Shown: positions 16,594 through 26,881, counted from the stretch's first letter. The stretch is 64,000 nucleotides of DNA from Bacillota bacterium (GCA_031553915.1 JAVBKT010000002.1:271642-335641), one strand, 5' to 3'. A program made the numbers and translations. The notes: a model not told the origin generated them from the letters alone.

Positions 16594-19116
16594 TTATCTT
16601 TCTTTAGCAAAGTGTGTTTTTCTCATACCTAGCTTGACCAGCTCATACCACAGCACAGAGACTGCTCCCAGACCAATGGCGAGAGTCAGCTGCGGCAGGC
16701 TAAGCGGAGCCAGGCCCAAAAAACTATTTACAGGGCTATAAAGAATTATTGCCAGCAGCAAACAGGCCAAAATATTAACCGCCCACATCACCTTGTCTTG
16801 GCGCAGCTTGCTAATTGTTTGCCACCAGGGCTGAGCATAAGAGCTGTTGACCTGCACCAAAAACAAATTCGCTATCATCAGCACTGTCAAACCTACCGAG
16901 CGGGCAATTTCCGACGCAGCAAAATTATTTTGTAGCAGCAGATAATAGGCGGCAAATGACGCGGCGAAAATGACTAACCCCTGCACCATACCCTTAGCCA
17001 CTATCGCCCGTGTCAAAATATTCTCGTTGGGATCACGCGGCGGAAGGGACATGATATTGTTTTCCGCCGGCTGACGCTCCAAAACCACGGAGCAGGTCGG
17101 GTCAATCACCAGCTCCAGGAGCATGATATGAAAGGGCAGCAGCATCAGCGCTTCCATCGGTATCGAGAGCATCGGCCCCAGCAAAGAAACGAGAGCAATG
17201 GGAATATGAATAGCAAAAATATAGCCGATCGCTTTGCGGATATTATCATAGATGCGTCTGCCATCGCGAATGGTATCGACAATGGTAGAAAAATTATCAT
17301 CCAACAAAACTAAATCCGCTGCTTCGCGGGCAATTTCTGATCCGCGCTTGCCCATAGCAATACCAATATCAGCATATTTGAGCGCAGCAGCGTCATTGAC
17401 GCCATCTCCGGTCATCGCCACAATTTGCCCATTAGCCTGGAAAGCAGTGACAATACGCATTTTATGTTCCGGGATCACTCTGGCAAAAACGCGCGCGCTT
17501 TGCACTGCCGCGCTTAACTCCTCGTCGCTCATCTGTTCCAGCATAGCTCCTGTTATCACCTGCTCTTGCTCAATCCCCACCTGCTCGGCAATAGCTTTGG
17601 CCGTCAGCGCATTGTCGCCGGTAATCATCACCACCGCTATGCCTGCCTGGTGACAAAGAGCAATATCTTCTTTGATACCCCCTCTGGGCGGGTCAGCCAG
17701 CGCGATCAGCCCTAACAGCCGCAAGCGGCAATTCTCTATGTTTTCGGGCAAAACTTCTGCACTCTTGACCGATGCTGTTGCCACTGCCAAAACGCGTAGT
17801 CCTTGAGAACACAGCTGCTGTAAGGCCTCATTTGCCTGCCTCGACTCTTCCGCTGACAAATCACATAAAGAAAAGACACTCTCCGCTGACCCTTTGGCGG
17901 CAATAATCACATCGCCCTCAATTTGCCAGACATGCGCCATCATCTTCGTCTGATTGGTGAAGGGATATTCCTTGATAATTTCCCCGGCACAATCACTAGC
18001 TGCCACACCCTGATCCATGGTATAGCGGATGATAGCCTTCTCCATCGGGTCATATGCTTCTTGCTCGCAGGCCATCATTGCTATTTTATTGAATTCCGCC
18101 GCAGCCGCTCCTGCCAGCCAGGTCTGGTCAACTACCATCTCGTTTTTGGTAAGCGTGCCTGTTTTATCAACACAAAGCACAGAGATCGCTCCCAATGTTT
18201 CTGTGGCTGGCAAATGGCGGATTAAAGAATTTTTTCTTGCCAAACGCCAGGCACCCATTGAGAGAAAAACAGTCAGGACCACCGGAAATTCTTCCGGAAT
18301 CATCGCCATTGCTAAAGTAATGCCTGCCAGAATGCTGTTGACTGCTCTTTCCTTGAGCAGCAAATCACTGAGATCAAAAAAGGTTATTGCGGCAACCAAA
18401 AGGCAAAGCGCCAGGGCCAGCCAGGCGCAAAATTTCACCAAACGGCGCATTTGTTTTTGCAGCGGAGTAGGCCTTACCGGCGCCTGGGCCAAAGCCGCGC
18501 TGATCTTGCCGTATTCGCTGTTGACGCCGGTTTTTTCCACCTGTACTAAGGCAAATCCCTGCAACACAAAGGTACCCGCATAGCAATAGTCCCTGCGCCA
18601 ATAATCAGCGCTGCTATCAGCGCTAAGATCAGCGCTTTTCCACACACCCTCAGCTTCCCCGGTGAGCGAGCTTTCATCCACACACAGATCATTGCAGGCG
18701 ACAATCAGGCCATCGACAGAAATTTTGTCTCCCTCGGTAATTTCCAGCAAATCTCCGGGAACCAGCTCCGTGGTTGCAATCTGCTTTTGAACTCCATCGC
18801 GGATAACCGTGCTATTAGGCTGGGAAAGCTCGCGCAGGGCGCGCAGGGTTTTATCTGTCTTCCATTCCTGAAAGATATCAATAGCAATAATCAGCACCAC
18901 AAAAACCAGCATAACCGCACCGTCAGCCGGCTCGCCCAAAAAGAAATAGATCAGTGCCGCGCCAAGCAACAGCAGAAACATCGGCTCGCGGATAATGGCC
19001 GCTGCCTGACGCAAAAAACCGGCCTTTTTTTCTGGCTCCAGCTCGTTTTTGCCAAAGCGGAGCAGCCGTTCTTTGGCTTCTTCACTGGTCAGTCCCTGCA
19101 ATTTGTGGCTATTCAT
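16594..19116 (-). CDS. Cation-translocating P-type ATPase (type II-like)
   Basis: TGE, IPEEFP, DKTGT, DPPR, MITGD and TGDGVNDA motifs; AGGAGG SD before ATG 19116. Confidence 0.95.
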   Translation of the reverse strand: MNSHKLQGLTSEEAKERLLRFGKNELEPEKKAGFLRQAAAIIREPMFLLLLGAALIYFFLGEPADGAVMLVFVVLIIAIDIFQEWKTDKTLRALRELSQPNSTVIRDGVQKQIATTELVPGDLLEITEGDKISVDGLIVACNDLCVDESSLTGEAEGVWKSADLSADSSADYWRRDYCYAGTFVLQGFALVQVEKTGVNSEYGKISAALAQAPVRPTPLQKQMRRLVKFCAWLALALCLLVAAITFFDLSDLLLKERAVNSILAGITLAMAMIPEEFPVVLTVFLSMGAWRLARKNSLIRHLPATETLGAISVLCVDKTGTLTKNEMVVDQTWLAGAAAAEFNKIAMMACEQEAYDPMEKAIIRYTMDQGVAASDCAGEIIKEYPFTNQTKMMAHVWQIEGDVIIAAKGSAESVFSLCDLSAEESRQANEALQQLCSQGLRVLAVATASVKSAEVLPENIENCRLRLLGLIALADPPRGGIKEDIALCHQAGIAVVMITGDNALTAKAIAEQVGIEQEQVITGAMLEQMSDEELSAAVQSARVFARVIPEHKMRIVTAFQANGQIVAMTGDGVNDAAALKYADIGIAMGKRGSEIAREAADLVLLDDNFSTIVDTIRDGRRIYDNIRKAIGYIFAIHIPIALVSLLGPMLSIPMEALMLLPFHIMLLELVIDPTCSVVLERQPAENNIMSLPPRDPNENILTRAIVAKGMVQGLVIFAASFAAYYLLLQNNFAASEIARSVGLTVLMIANLFLVQVNSSYAQPWWQTISKLRQDKVMWAVNILACLLLAIILYSPVNSFLGLAPLSLPQLTLAIGLGAVSVLWYELVKLGMRKTHFAKER

Positions 19117-19142
19117 AATTAGCCTCCTTATCTCTTTATAAT

Positions 19143-19187
19143 AAAAAAACATACCTGTAGGATAGTCTTACTGTCCCACAGATATGT
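19143..19187 (-). terminator. Riboswitch expression-platform terminator
   Basis: 14-bp stem ACAUAUCUGUGGGA/UCCUACAGGUAUGU plus U run; 5' arm overlaps the aptamer. Confidence 0.85.
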
Positions 19188-19258
19188 TGCTTCTTATCTG
19201 CTGCCGTAAATCACGGCCCGGCTCTTGCTTGCGCAGCGCCTGTTCAGATTGTACTGTA
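19168..19258 (-). ncRNA. NiCo (czcD) metal-sensing riboswitch aptamer
   Basis: Minus strand reads CAGUACAAUCUGAACAGGC...GAGCCGGGCC...GGCAGCAGAUA...UAUCUGUGGGACAGUA, the conserved strings of the NiCo four-way junction; upstream of a cation ATPase. Confidence 0.85.
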
Positions 19259-19298
19259 TGGCTCTAAAAAGAGGATGTCAGTGCAAAGATTTTCGTTT

Positions 19299-19327
19299 AA
19301 TATATACTATGCAGCCTGGTTTGTCAA
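19299..19327 (-). promoter_or_regulatory. SigA promoter of the riboswitch-ATPase transcript
   Basis: TTGACA-N17-TATATT. Confidence 0.7.
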
Positions 19328-19345
19328 GTGCTAATTATATTTTTT

Positions 19346-19564
19346 CTAGATGCTTTTTTCCACATGCTCGCACAGGTCGGCAACGGTCTTAAGCCTAAAA
19401 ACATCTTCCAGCGTAATGTCAAATTCTTCTTCAATCGAAAGCATAATTTCCACCATATAGAGCGAATCTACTTCCATATCATCAAAGCTGCTTTCCGGTT
19501 TAATCACATCTTTATCAATATCCAGCTTCTCTGAAATAATTTCTACAATCTTATCATATACCAT
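19346..19564 (-). CDS. acpP: Acyl carrier protein
   Basis: 72 aa, acidic; DSL phosphopantetheine site; IEEEFDI. Confidence 0.9.
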   Translation of the reverse strand: MVYDKIVEIISEKLDIDKDVIKPESSFDDMEVDSLYMVEIMLSIEEEFDITLEDVFRLKTVADLCEHVEKSI

Positions 19565-19664
19565 CTTGTTTCCCCTTTACGTATATTGTTATGCCCAAGC
19601 CTGAAAAACTATTAAACCAACTATTTAATCATAGCATTTGCGCCCGCTAAAAGCAATACGCAGA

Positions 19665-20240
19665 TTAAGACCTGCTGCCGGGTTTGATAGCGGGGGTTTT
19701 GCCTTCTTTGCACAAAGGGCACTCTGCTTCGTCAAAGCTTTCTATCTCCAAAGAGACCAATGAGCGCAAAGGCACGCCCAAATCAATCTTCCCGGCGCTT
19801 CTATCCACCAAAACCGCGGCGCCGGCAATATCCGCGCCGATCTCTCTCATCAGGGCGATCACTTCCTTCACCGAACCCCCGGTAGTGACCACATCTTCAA
19901 CCACTAAAACCTTGTCATCAGGGCTGACGCTAAAGCCGCGGCGCAAGGTCATCACGCCATTTTCTCTCTCGGCAAAAACAGATTTCACCCCTAAAGCCCG
20001 GGCTATTTCGTAGGATAAAGAAATAGCGCCGATAGCCGGGCCAACAACAACGGTTATCCCCTGTCCGGCAAAATAGCTTGCCAGCTGCTCGCATAAAGGC
20101 CCGGCAATTTCCGGATATTGCAGCAAGCGGGCGCACTGCATATAATAGGCAGCATGGCGGCCGGAGGTTAATTTGAAATGTCCGGATAAAAGGACCTCCT
20201 TCTCTTCAAGGATATGCAAAATCTCTTCTCTAGTATACAT
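19665..20240 (-). CDS. pyrE: Orotate phosphoribosyltransferase
   Basis: GHFKLTSGRH; VLVVEDVVTTGGS PRPP loop. Confidence 0.96.
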   Translation of the reverse strand: MYTREEILHILEEKEVLLSGHFKLTSGRHAAYYMQCARLLQYPEIAGPLCEQLASYFAGQGITVVVGPAIGAISLSYEIARALGVKSVFAERENGVMTLRRGFSVSPDDKVLVVEDVVTTGGSVKEVIALMREIGADIAGAAVLVDRSAGKIDLGVPLRSLVSLEIESFDEAECPLCKEGKTPAIKPGSRS

Positions 20241-20339
20241 GTTGTGGTCTCCTAATTATTAATGGCTATACATTATTTTATTCGCGTTTTTTATAGCCAA
20301 ACCTTTTACTTTATATTTTGCCGTGATCAAGTGATAGTT

Positions 20340-20996
20340 TTAAGCCTGCCGGTTGATTGTCTCTATCACTGCCCGCAGCTCGGGAAAGCTATCTATGCGA
20401 TAATCCCAGCATTCCGGCTTGAGACTCCCCTGGCCAAAGCCATAGGCCGCATAGACATAGGGGATGGCCGCATATTCGGCGGCAATGCTGTCTTTGATCA
20501 TATCGCCCACATAAATAGCCCTTTTGCTGCCTAGACGCGCCATCACCAGGAGAATATTTTCTCCCTTGGCTCGGCCGGTGCGGCCCAGGCTTTCAAAATC
20601 AGCTATATATGGCGCGAGCTGATGTTTCTGCAAAAAGCATTCAATATACCCCTCTTCGCAATTGCTGACAATGGCAAAAGTATAATCTTGCGCCAGTTCC
20701 GCCAGCGTTTCCCGGACGCCAGGGTAAAGCTGCCCGCCATAGCGACGCAGATAAGCGTACTCTGCCGCCAAACACTCTCTTAATATTTTCTGCCGCAATG
20801 TGGGCTCCACCCGGGGGAAAATCCGCTCGCCGATTTCCACAAGGCTAAACCCCATGCAGTTGGCAATTTCCGCATCTGTTATTGCCGGACGCAAGCCCGG
20901 ATATTTATCAAGCACACTTTGCCAGGCCAAAGAAACCTTGGCCACAGAATCCCAAAGCGTACCGTCCAAATCAAGTAAAATGCTATCTATCTTCAT
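20340..20996 (-). CDS. HAD-family hydrolase
   Basis: DLDGTL motif I, VSN motif II, YVGD motif IV; start ATG 20996 or GTG 20999. Confidence 0.88.
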   Translation of the reverse strand: MKIDSILLDLDGTLWDSVAKVSLAWQSVLDKYPGLRPAITDAEIANCMGFSLVEIGERIFPRVEPTLRQKILRECLAAEYAYLRRYGGQLYPGVRETLAELAQDYTFAIVSNCEEGYIECFLQKHQLAPYIADFESLGRTGRAKGENILLVMARLGSKRAIYVGDMIKDSIAAEYAAIPYVYAAYGFGQGSLKPECWDYRIDSFPELRAVIETINRQA

Positions 20997-21486
20997 CACA
21001 TACGGCCTTTTCTGGTACTTGTCTGCGATAATTATGAAGGCTGATAACAGCAACTATCATGCCCCCGGCCAGTATCGCAAAGATCAGCGCCATAAACCAG
21101 GGCGGCAGATCCGCACCCGCTATTATCCAGAAAAGAACCGCAAAAAAGACTAATACCATGATCAGCTTTAGCAGTATCAGCAGCGTAAGCGTGCGGGAAG
21201 CATACCCTGCACTCTCTTTGCCTTCATCAGCCTGGGGAATCTGCCAAAATTTTGGCATCATCTCGATTGCGGTCATTGCCAAAAAAACAGCCAAAGCTAA
21301 AACAGGTATGGTCAGGACTACCTCTTTATTTGCCCAGGCATCAATGGTGCCGTTAAAACCAAAATGAGTAGGCGTGGTATCGCCAATGCTTTGCCAGTTG
21401 AGCATAAAAAAGACCAGCATAGCTATAAAGCTCAGCAATGCCATGGCCTCTAAAAGCCAGTGTTTTCTCTCAAAGGATGCAAACAT
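20983..21486 (-). CDS. DUF1648-type membrane protein
   Basis: PTHFGFNGTIDAW motif; four TMs. Confidence 0.8.
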   Translation of the reverse strand: MFASFERKHWLLEAMALLSFIAMLVFFMLNWQSIGDTTPTHFGFNGTIDAWANKEVVLTIPVLALAVFLAMTAIEMMPKFWQIPQADEGKESAGYASRTLTLLILLKLIMVLVFFAVLFWIIAGADLPPWFMALIFAILAGGMIVAVISLHNYRRQVPEKAVCDEDR

Positions 21487-21505
21487 ATCTTCTCCCTGCC
21501 AGTCT

Positions 21506-23179
21506 CTAAAAGAGCTGCGGCTGGCTCATTTTTTCCAGCAAATCCCTGGCCTGCTGCAAGGTGATTTCCCCGGCCTTGTCTCCGGCAATCATGCGCGCAA
21601 TCTCATGTATCCGTTCCTGCTGATCCAGAGTATGCGCCGCGACTACGGTGCGCCCGCCTTCCTCGTGTTTTTCCAGCATCACCTGATGCGCTGCCGCTGC
21701 CGCGGTCACCGCATTATGCGTGACTACCAGCGCCTGCGCGCTTTCGCCCACCATAGCAATACGCTGGGCCACAGCTACCAGGGCTTTGCCGGAAAGTCCG
21801 GTATCCACTTCATCAAAGACTAAGGTTGGCACAAAATCGAGCCGCGATAAAATAACCTTCAACCCTAAAACAATACGCGAAAGTTCGCCACCGCTGGCAA
21901 TTTTGGCCACCGGCTGAAAAGGCTCGCCCACATTAGGGCAAATCATAAACAAAGCATGTTCATTGCCTGTTTTGGCAGCAGGGTTGGTTAGCAAATCAAC
22001 ACGAAAATGCGCATTGGGCATCGAGAGCATTTGCAGCTCTCTCGTCACCACCGAGGACAAAGACTTCGCTGCCTGCTGCCGGGCAGCGGTTAATTTTGCC
22101 GCGGCCTGGTCATACTTACTCTGTGCTTGTTGCTGGCGCAGATATAAGCTATCCGCGCTAAGAGAAAGCTCCTCCAGCTGGTTTAGCTCTTGCCTGGAAG
22201 AGTCCAATTTAGCAATCAGCTCATCAATACTGCTATGGTATTTTTTGCTCAGCCTGCTGATCAGCGCGCGCCTGGCTTCAACGATCTCCAGCCGCTGCGA
22301 GTCAAGATTGACCCGCTCCTGATAAGCAGTCATTTCCCGGGACAAATCTTCCGCCTCATAAAAAAGGCTGCGCGTCCGCTCGGCCAATGACTCTGCCTGC
22401 GTGTCCAAATCAGCAATAGCTTTAATATTGTTCAGGGCATCACCCAGGCTGTCTATGGCTGCGCCGCTGTTATTAAGCGCGGAAAAAGCGGCGCCGGCCA
22501 GCTGATAAAGCTTCTCGCCATGCACCAATAAATTAGCTTCCGCCGCCAACTCCTCATCTTCGCCCGGAACGAGCTCAGCCTTTTGCAGTTCGTCAATTAT
22601 GTAATGCAACTCTTCGCTGCGGGAAAGCAGCTGGTCGCGGTTTTGCTCATATTTTTTGATCTCTTGCTTTGCTGCCAGCAATTGCTGATAGGCGGTTGCG
22701 GTTGCCGTGAGTTGCTCCTTGATCGCCGGGTCAAAGCTGTCCAAAAGCAGCAATTGCTGCTCTTCTTCCAGTAATAACATATGCTCGCTTTGGCCATGAA
22801 TATTAATCAGCAAACGTCCCAGCTCGCGCAGCTGCGATAAATTAGTGACAGCGCCGTTAATGCGGGCGATGCTTCTGCCGCCGCGAACCAGTTCCCGCCG
22901 CAAAATCAGCGTATCTTCAATATCAAACCCAGCCCCACGCAGCAAATTGCCGGCAGGTTCCGGAAAGGGCGGCAAAAATACCCCCTCCACCACCGCTTTA
23001 TCCTCGCCACTGCGAATAAAACTATCACTGCCGCGGCTGCCAATCAACAAAGAAACTGCGTCAATCAGCAGGGATTTGCCCGCGCCGGTCTCACCGGTCA
23101 GGGCATTCATCCCCTCACCAAGATTAAGGCGCAAAGTAGAAATCAGCGCAAAATTTTCCGCATACAGTTCGTAGAGCAT
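21506..23179 (-). CDS. recN: DNA repair protein RecN
   Basis: LTGETGAGKS, SGGELSR, FDEVDTG; coiled coil. Confidence 0.97.
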   Translation of the reverse strand: MLYELYAENFALISTLRLNLGEGMNALTGETGAGKSLLIDAVSLLIGSRGSDSFIRSGEDKAVVEGVFLPPFPEPAGNLLRGAGFDIEDTLILRRELVRGGRSIARINGAVTNLSQLRELGRLLINIHGQSEHMLLLEEEQQLLLLDSFDPAIKEQLTATATAYQQLLAAKQEIKKYEQNRDQLLSRSEELHYIIDELQKAELVPGEDEELAAEANLLVHGEKLYQLAGAAFSALNNSGAAIDSLGDALNNIKAIADLDTQAESLAERTRSLFYEAEDLSREMTAYQERVNLDSQRLEIVEARRALISRLSKKYHSSIDELIAKLDSSRQELNQLEELSLSADSLYLRQQQAQSKYDQAAAKLTAARQQAAKSLSSVVTRELQMLSMPNAHFRVDLLTNPAAKTGNEHALFMICPNVGEPFQPVAKIASGGELSRIVLGLKVILSRLDFVPTLVFDEVDTGLSGKALVAVAQRIAMVGESAQALVVTHNAVTAAAAAHQVMLEKHEEGGRTVVAAHTLDQQERIHEIARMIAGDKAGEITLQQARDLLEKMSQPQLF

Positions 23180-23203
23180 ATATCCCTCTCGCTTATTTGC
23201 AGC

Positions 23204-23656
23204 TTAGGCCATCAGGGTTCTGATGCGCTCTGCCAAGGCATTGACGTCGTCTTCATCGCGGATAGCGACAAAAATAGTATCATCACCGGCAATACTGCCG
23301 ACAATTTCTTTCCATCCCAAACCGTCCAGACAAAAAGCTACGCCTTGGGCAGTCCCCGGCAAAGCCTTCAGGATAACCAGGTTACGCGCCACATCAACCT
23401 TAATCAGATTGTCACGCAGCATCCTTTTCACCCGGTCAAAGGTGTTGACGGTAGTCATACCCGGGGGGAAGCCATAGCAAAAGGTATTGTCGCCGGTAGC
23501 GATTTTCACCAGGCCTAAATCCTTGATATCGCGTGAAATAGTAGCCTGGGTGACATTTAAGCCATAGCGGGCCAAGGCCTCTGTCAGCTGATATTGGGTT
23601 TCAATATTCTGCTGTTCAATAATTTCACGAATAATTTTATGCCGCCGTGTCTTCAT
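23204..23656 (-). CDS. argR: Arginine repressor
   Basis: TQATISRDIK; GSIAGDDTIF. Confidence 0.97.
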   Translation of the reverse strand: MKTRRHKIIREIIEQQNIETQYQLTEALARYGLNVTQATISRDIKDLGLVKIATGDNTFCYGFPPGMTTVNTFDRVKRMLRDNLIKVDVARNLVILKALPGTAQGVAFCLDGLGWKEIVGSIAGDDTIFVAIRDEDDVNALAERIRTLMA

Positions 23657-23682
23657 CGTTTTTCCTCCTTAAGTTTGATAGT

Positions 23683-24531
23683 TTAGTCGCTAATCGTTTT
23701 TTTATAAATTTTTTCTTTGATACGGTGGAAATAATCATTTTTGCCAAACTGAATGAATTTGGCCTTGCTGTCCGCTGAACAAATGCGGATCTGGTCATTT
23801 CTCTCCAGGGGGATATGGGATTGGCCGTCAGCGGTCAAAAAAGCCACGCCCGAGGAGCTTCTGTAATAAATATCAATCACGCTGGATGAGGGCGCCACGA
23901 TCGGCCGGGAAAAGAAACCATGCGGGCAAACAGGGGTAATCATATTGATTTCCATATCTTCCATAATCAAAGGCCCGCCGGCAGAAAGCGAATAGCCGGT
24001 GCTGCCTGTCGGTGTTGCCACAATAATGCCATCCGCGCGGTAGTCATTGACATGCTGCTCGTCAATATACAGCTGCAAAGAAATGGCGCGCGAATACTTG
24101 CCATAGCTAACCACAAAATCATTAAGCACCGAAAATGTTGCGATAATCTGCCCGTTTCTGATCAGCTCAGCCTTGATCATGGAGCGTTCTTTAAGCGTAT
24201 AATCACCGCTGAGGATTTTGTCCATAGCGGCAAAGGCATCCGCCCCCTCGGCCGAACAAAGAAAACCGATACGCCCCATATTAATGCCACAAATGGGGAT
24301 GCCGTACTTGGCCAGCTGACGAAAGGAGGCCAGCAGCGTACCATCGCCGCCCAGCACGATAGCCAGATCAACCGCAGAAAAATCAAGAGAAACAATATCG
24401 TCGATATTAATGGAGTTAGCCCCGTTAAAGGACATAATTTCCATGCCCCGCTCATATAAATACTTTGCGAGAAGGGCGGAGCTTTCAATGCTCTCTTGCC
24501 GTTTTGGGTTATATATAAACGCTGTTTTCAT
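23683..24531 (-). CDS. nadK: NAD(+) kinase
   Basis: GGDGT, GRIGFL, ATPTGSTGYSLSAGG. Confidence 0.96.
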   Translation of the reverse strand: MKTAFIYNPKRQESIESSALLAKYLYERGMEIMSFNGANSINIDDIVSLDFSAVDLAIVLGGDGTLLASFRQLAKYGIPICGINMGRIGFLCSAEGADAFAAMDKILSGDYTLKERSMIKAELIRNGQIIATFSVLNDFVVSYGKYSRAISLQLYIDEQHVNDYRADGIIVATPTGSTGYSLSAGGPLIMEDMEINMITPVCPHGFFSRPIVAPSSSVIDIYYRSSSGVAFLTADGQSHIPLERNDQIRICSADSKAKFIQFGKNDYFHRIKEKIYKKTISD

Positions 24532-24696
24532 CGATGCTCCTTGTCAACATCATTTATGCATATTGTGTATATTGATATACTACCCAATTTATGCGGATAT
24601 TTCAAGTCTTTTCCTAATATTTATACACATTATATCTTTTATGTCGCTATTTGTTGAAACATTCTTGCATAAAAGGGAAGGTAAACGCCCCAATTA

Positions 24697-25284
24697 TTGA
24701 GAAAGTTATCTAATACAAACAGTAAAAAGGGGGAAATTCGAACGTCTAAGTCAGAGAAAAAAAGTAATATCATTCTGGTGGGCTTTATGGGCAGCGGCAA
24801 AACCGTAATCGGCCGCAATATCGCCCGCCTGCTTGATTATAATTTTGCTGATACTGATGATGCCATCAGAGATGTGACTGGCATGGATTTGGTGACGCTG
24901 TTCCGCAAACACGGGGAGATCCGCTTTCGTTCCGAAGAACAGCTGGTGATTAAAAAGCTGGCGGATAAACAGCAGTTGGTTATCGCTTGCGGCGGCAGCC
25001 TGATTCCGGCTGCGGAAAACCTCAATCTGCTGCGCGATAATGGCTATTTTGTGCTGCTTTCTGCCTCCCCAGAGGTGATTTATAACCGCCTCAGCCGCAA
25101 AAACAACCGTCTTTTGCCTGCCGGCAAGCCTTCTCTTGCTGATATTGAAAAAATGCTGGCGCATAGACAAGAGTATTTTGCCGATCTCAGCCATATCAGT
25201 GTTGATACCGGCGCCATGAACGTAGAACAGGCGGCAAATTATATTGCCGGGCAATATCAGGGTTATTTGCGAAAAGAGGATTAG
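24697..25284 (+). CDS. aroK: Shikimate kinase
   Basis: GFMGSGKT, GEIRFRSEE, CGG; start codon uncertain. Confidence 0.9.
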   Translation: MRKLSNTNSKKGEIRTSKSEKKSNIILVGFMGSGKTVIGRNIARLLDYNFADTDDAIRDVTGMDLVTLFRKHGEIRFRSEEQLVIKKLADKQQLVIACGGSLIPAAENLNLLRDNGYFVLLSASPEVIYNRLSRKNNRLLPAGKPSLADIEKMLAHRQEYFADLSHISVDTGAMNVEQAANYIAGQYQGYLRKED

Positions 25285-25308
25285 CGGCCGCAAAATTTAT
25301 ACTATAAT

Positions 25309-25366
25309 TTGTACTATTATGCTATCCATGTTATAATAAAACCACGCTTAGGCGTGGTTTTATTAT
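25309..25366 (+). promoter_or_regulatory. SigA promoter of rbgA overlapped by a 15-bp palindrome
   Basis: TTGTAC-N17-TATAAT (25309-25337); ATAATAAAACCACGC-TTAG-GCGTGGTTTTATTAT (25333-25366). Confidence 0.55.
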
Positions 25367-25381
25367 ATTTTCTAAGAGGTT

Positions 25382-26248
25382 ATGATGATTCAGTGGTACC
25401 CCGGCCATATGGCCAAAACCAAACGGAATATTGAGGCTGATCTGGCCCTGGTCGATATGATTATCGAGGTTGTGGACGCGCGCATCCCCGGCTCTTCCCG
25501 TAATCCGGATCTGCAACCATATATAGACAAAAAGGCCCATTTGCTTTTGCTCAACAAAAGTGATCTGGCCAATGAAAACCTGACTAAAAGATGGAAAAAA
25601 TATTACCGTGAGCTGGGCTATATTCCCGCCAGCATTAATGCAGCCCGCAAGCAGGGCCTAAAAGAAATGCTCGCTGCCATTGCAATAGCCTCCCGGCCCA
25701 TTATGGAGCGGCTGAAAAGCAAAAACCGCTTGCCTCGGCCAATACGAGCCATGGTGCTGGGGATTCCCAATTGCGGCAAATCAACGGTGATCAATGCTAT
25801 TGCGCCCTCTGCCGCAGCCAAAACCGGCAACAAGCCCGGTGTGACCCGCGGCCGCCAGTGGGTAAAAACCAATGCCGGCATTGAGCTGCTGGATACCCCG
25901 GGTATGCTCTGGCCCAAATTCGCCGACTATGATACCGCCTTCAAGCTTGCTGTTTGCGGGTCAATCAGCGACAATGTCTACCCCACCTATCAGGTTGGCT
26001 GCGAATTGGCAGTTTTACTGACGCGCATAGCGCCTGAGGCGCTCGCGGAACGTTACAAAATGGCAGCTATCCCGGAGACAGGCGAGGAAATAATGATCGA
26101 AATTGCCAAAGCGCGCGGTATGCTCGGACAAGGGGGCAAGCCGCGCGAGGAAGACGCGGCCATGCTGCTGATTCAGGAGTTCCGCGCCGGAAAAATCGGC
26201 CGAATCACCTTGGAAAAACCACAGAGCTCGCAAACGGAGGAAAGATAA
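25382..26248 (+). CDS. rbgA: Ribosome biogenesis GTPase RbgA/YlqF
   Basis: IQWYPGHM, NKSD, GIPNCGKS, DTPG (circularly permuted GTPase). Confidence 0.97.
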   Translation: MMIQWYPGHMAKTKRNIEADLALVDMIIEVVDARIPGSSRNPDLQPYIDKKAHLLLLNKSDLANENLTKRWKKYYRELGYIPASINAARKQGLKEMLAAIAIASRPIMERLKSKNRLPRPIRAMVLGIPNCGKSTVINAIAPSAAAKTGNKPGVTRGRQWVKTNAGIELLDTPGMLWPKFADYDTAFKLAVCGSISDNVYPTYQVGCELAVLLTRIAPEALAERYKMAAIPETGEEIMIEIAKARGMLGQGGKPREEDAAMLLIQEFRAGKIGRITLEKPQSSQTEER

Positions 26249-26872
26249 TTGCCGGGAAAGCTAGATCAAGCTGAAATAGAACGCCTGAGCCAAATGAGCA
26301 GCTATGAGCAAGAGCTATGGCAAAACGGGCTGCAATATGTGGCTGGCATTGATGAAGTGGGGCGCGGCCCTCTGGCCGGGCCGGTGACAGCTGCGGCAGT
26401 AATACTGCCGCCCAACTGCCTGATTGCCGGCATTAATGACAGCAAAAAAATAGCGGAAAAAAAGCGCCTGGCCCTGGAAGAAGAAATCAAAGACGCGGCT
26501 ATTGCCTGGGCCTGTGTTTCCATAAACCACCGCGTAATTGACCGCACCAATATCAAGGAAGCCGCCCGTCTGGCTATGGCCAAAGCAGTAGCTGCCCTGG
26601 ACATCTTTCCCGAACATTTGCTGATTGACGCCGAAAAGATTGATCTTGATATACCGCAAACAGCGATTATCAAGGGCGACGCCAAAAGCATTTCTATTGC
26701 GGCAGCCAGCATTATTGCCAAAAACACCCGCGATAAATTAATGGTGATCTGCGACAGCAAATGGCCCGAATATGGTTTTGCCCAGCATAAGGGTTATCCG
26801 ACTGCTGCCCATAAAGCAGCTTTACGCGAACATGGCCCCTCCCCTATTCACCGCCTCACTTTCAAGTATTAG
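26249..26872 (+). CDS. rnhB: Ribonuclease HII
   Basis: GIDEVGRGPLAGPV, DSKK, IAAASIIAK. Confidence 0.97.
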   Translation: MPGKLDQAEIERLSQMSSYEQELWQNGLQYVAGIDEVGRGPLAGPVTAAAVILPPNCLIAGINDSKKIAEKKRLALEEEIKDAAIAWACVSINHRVIDRTNIKEAARLAMAKAVAALDIFPEHLLIDAEKIDLDIPQTAIIKGDAKSISIAAASIIAKNTRDKLMVICDSKWPEYGFAQHKGYPTAAHKAALREHGPSPIHRLTFKY

Positions 26873-26881
26873 GAGCGCTTT

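Noticed and set aside
24540-24600. ARG box upstream of nadK-argR-recN (TGCATATTGTGTA)
   Set aside because: Two mismatches in the right half-site within very AT-rich DNA, and no partner box.
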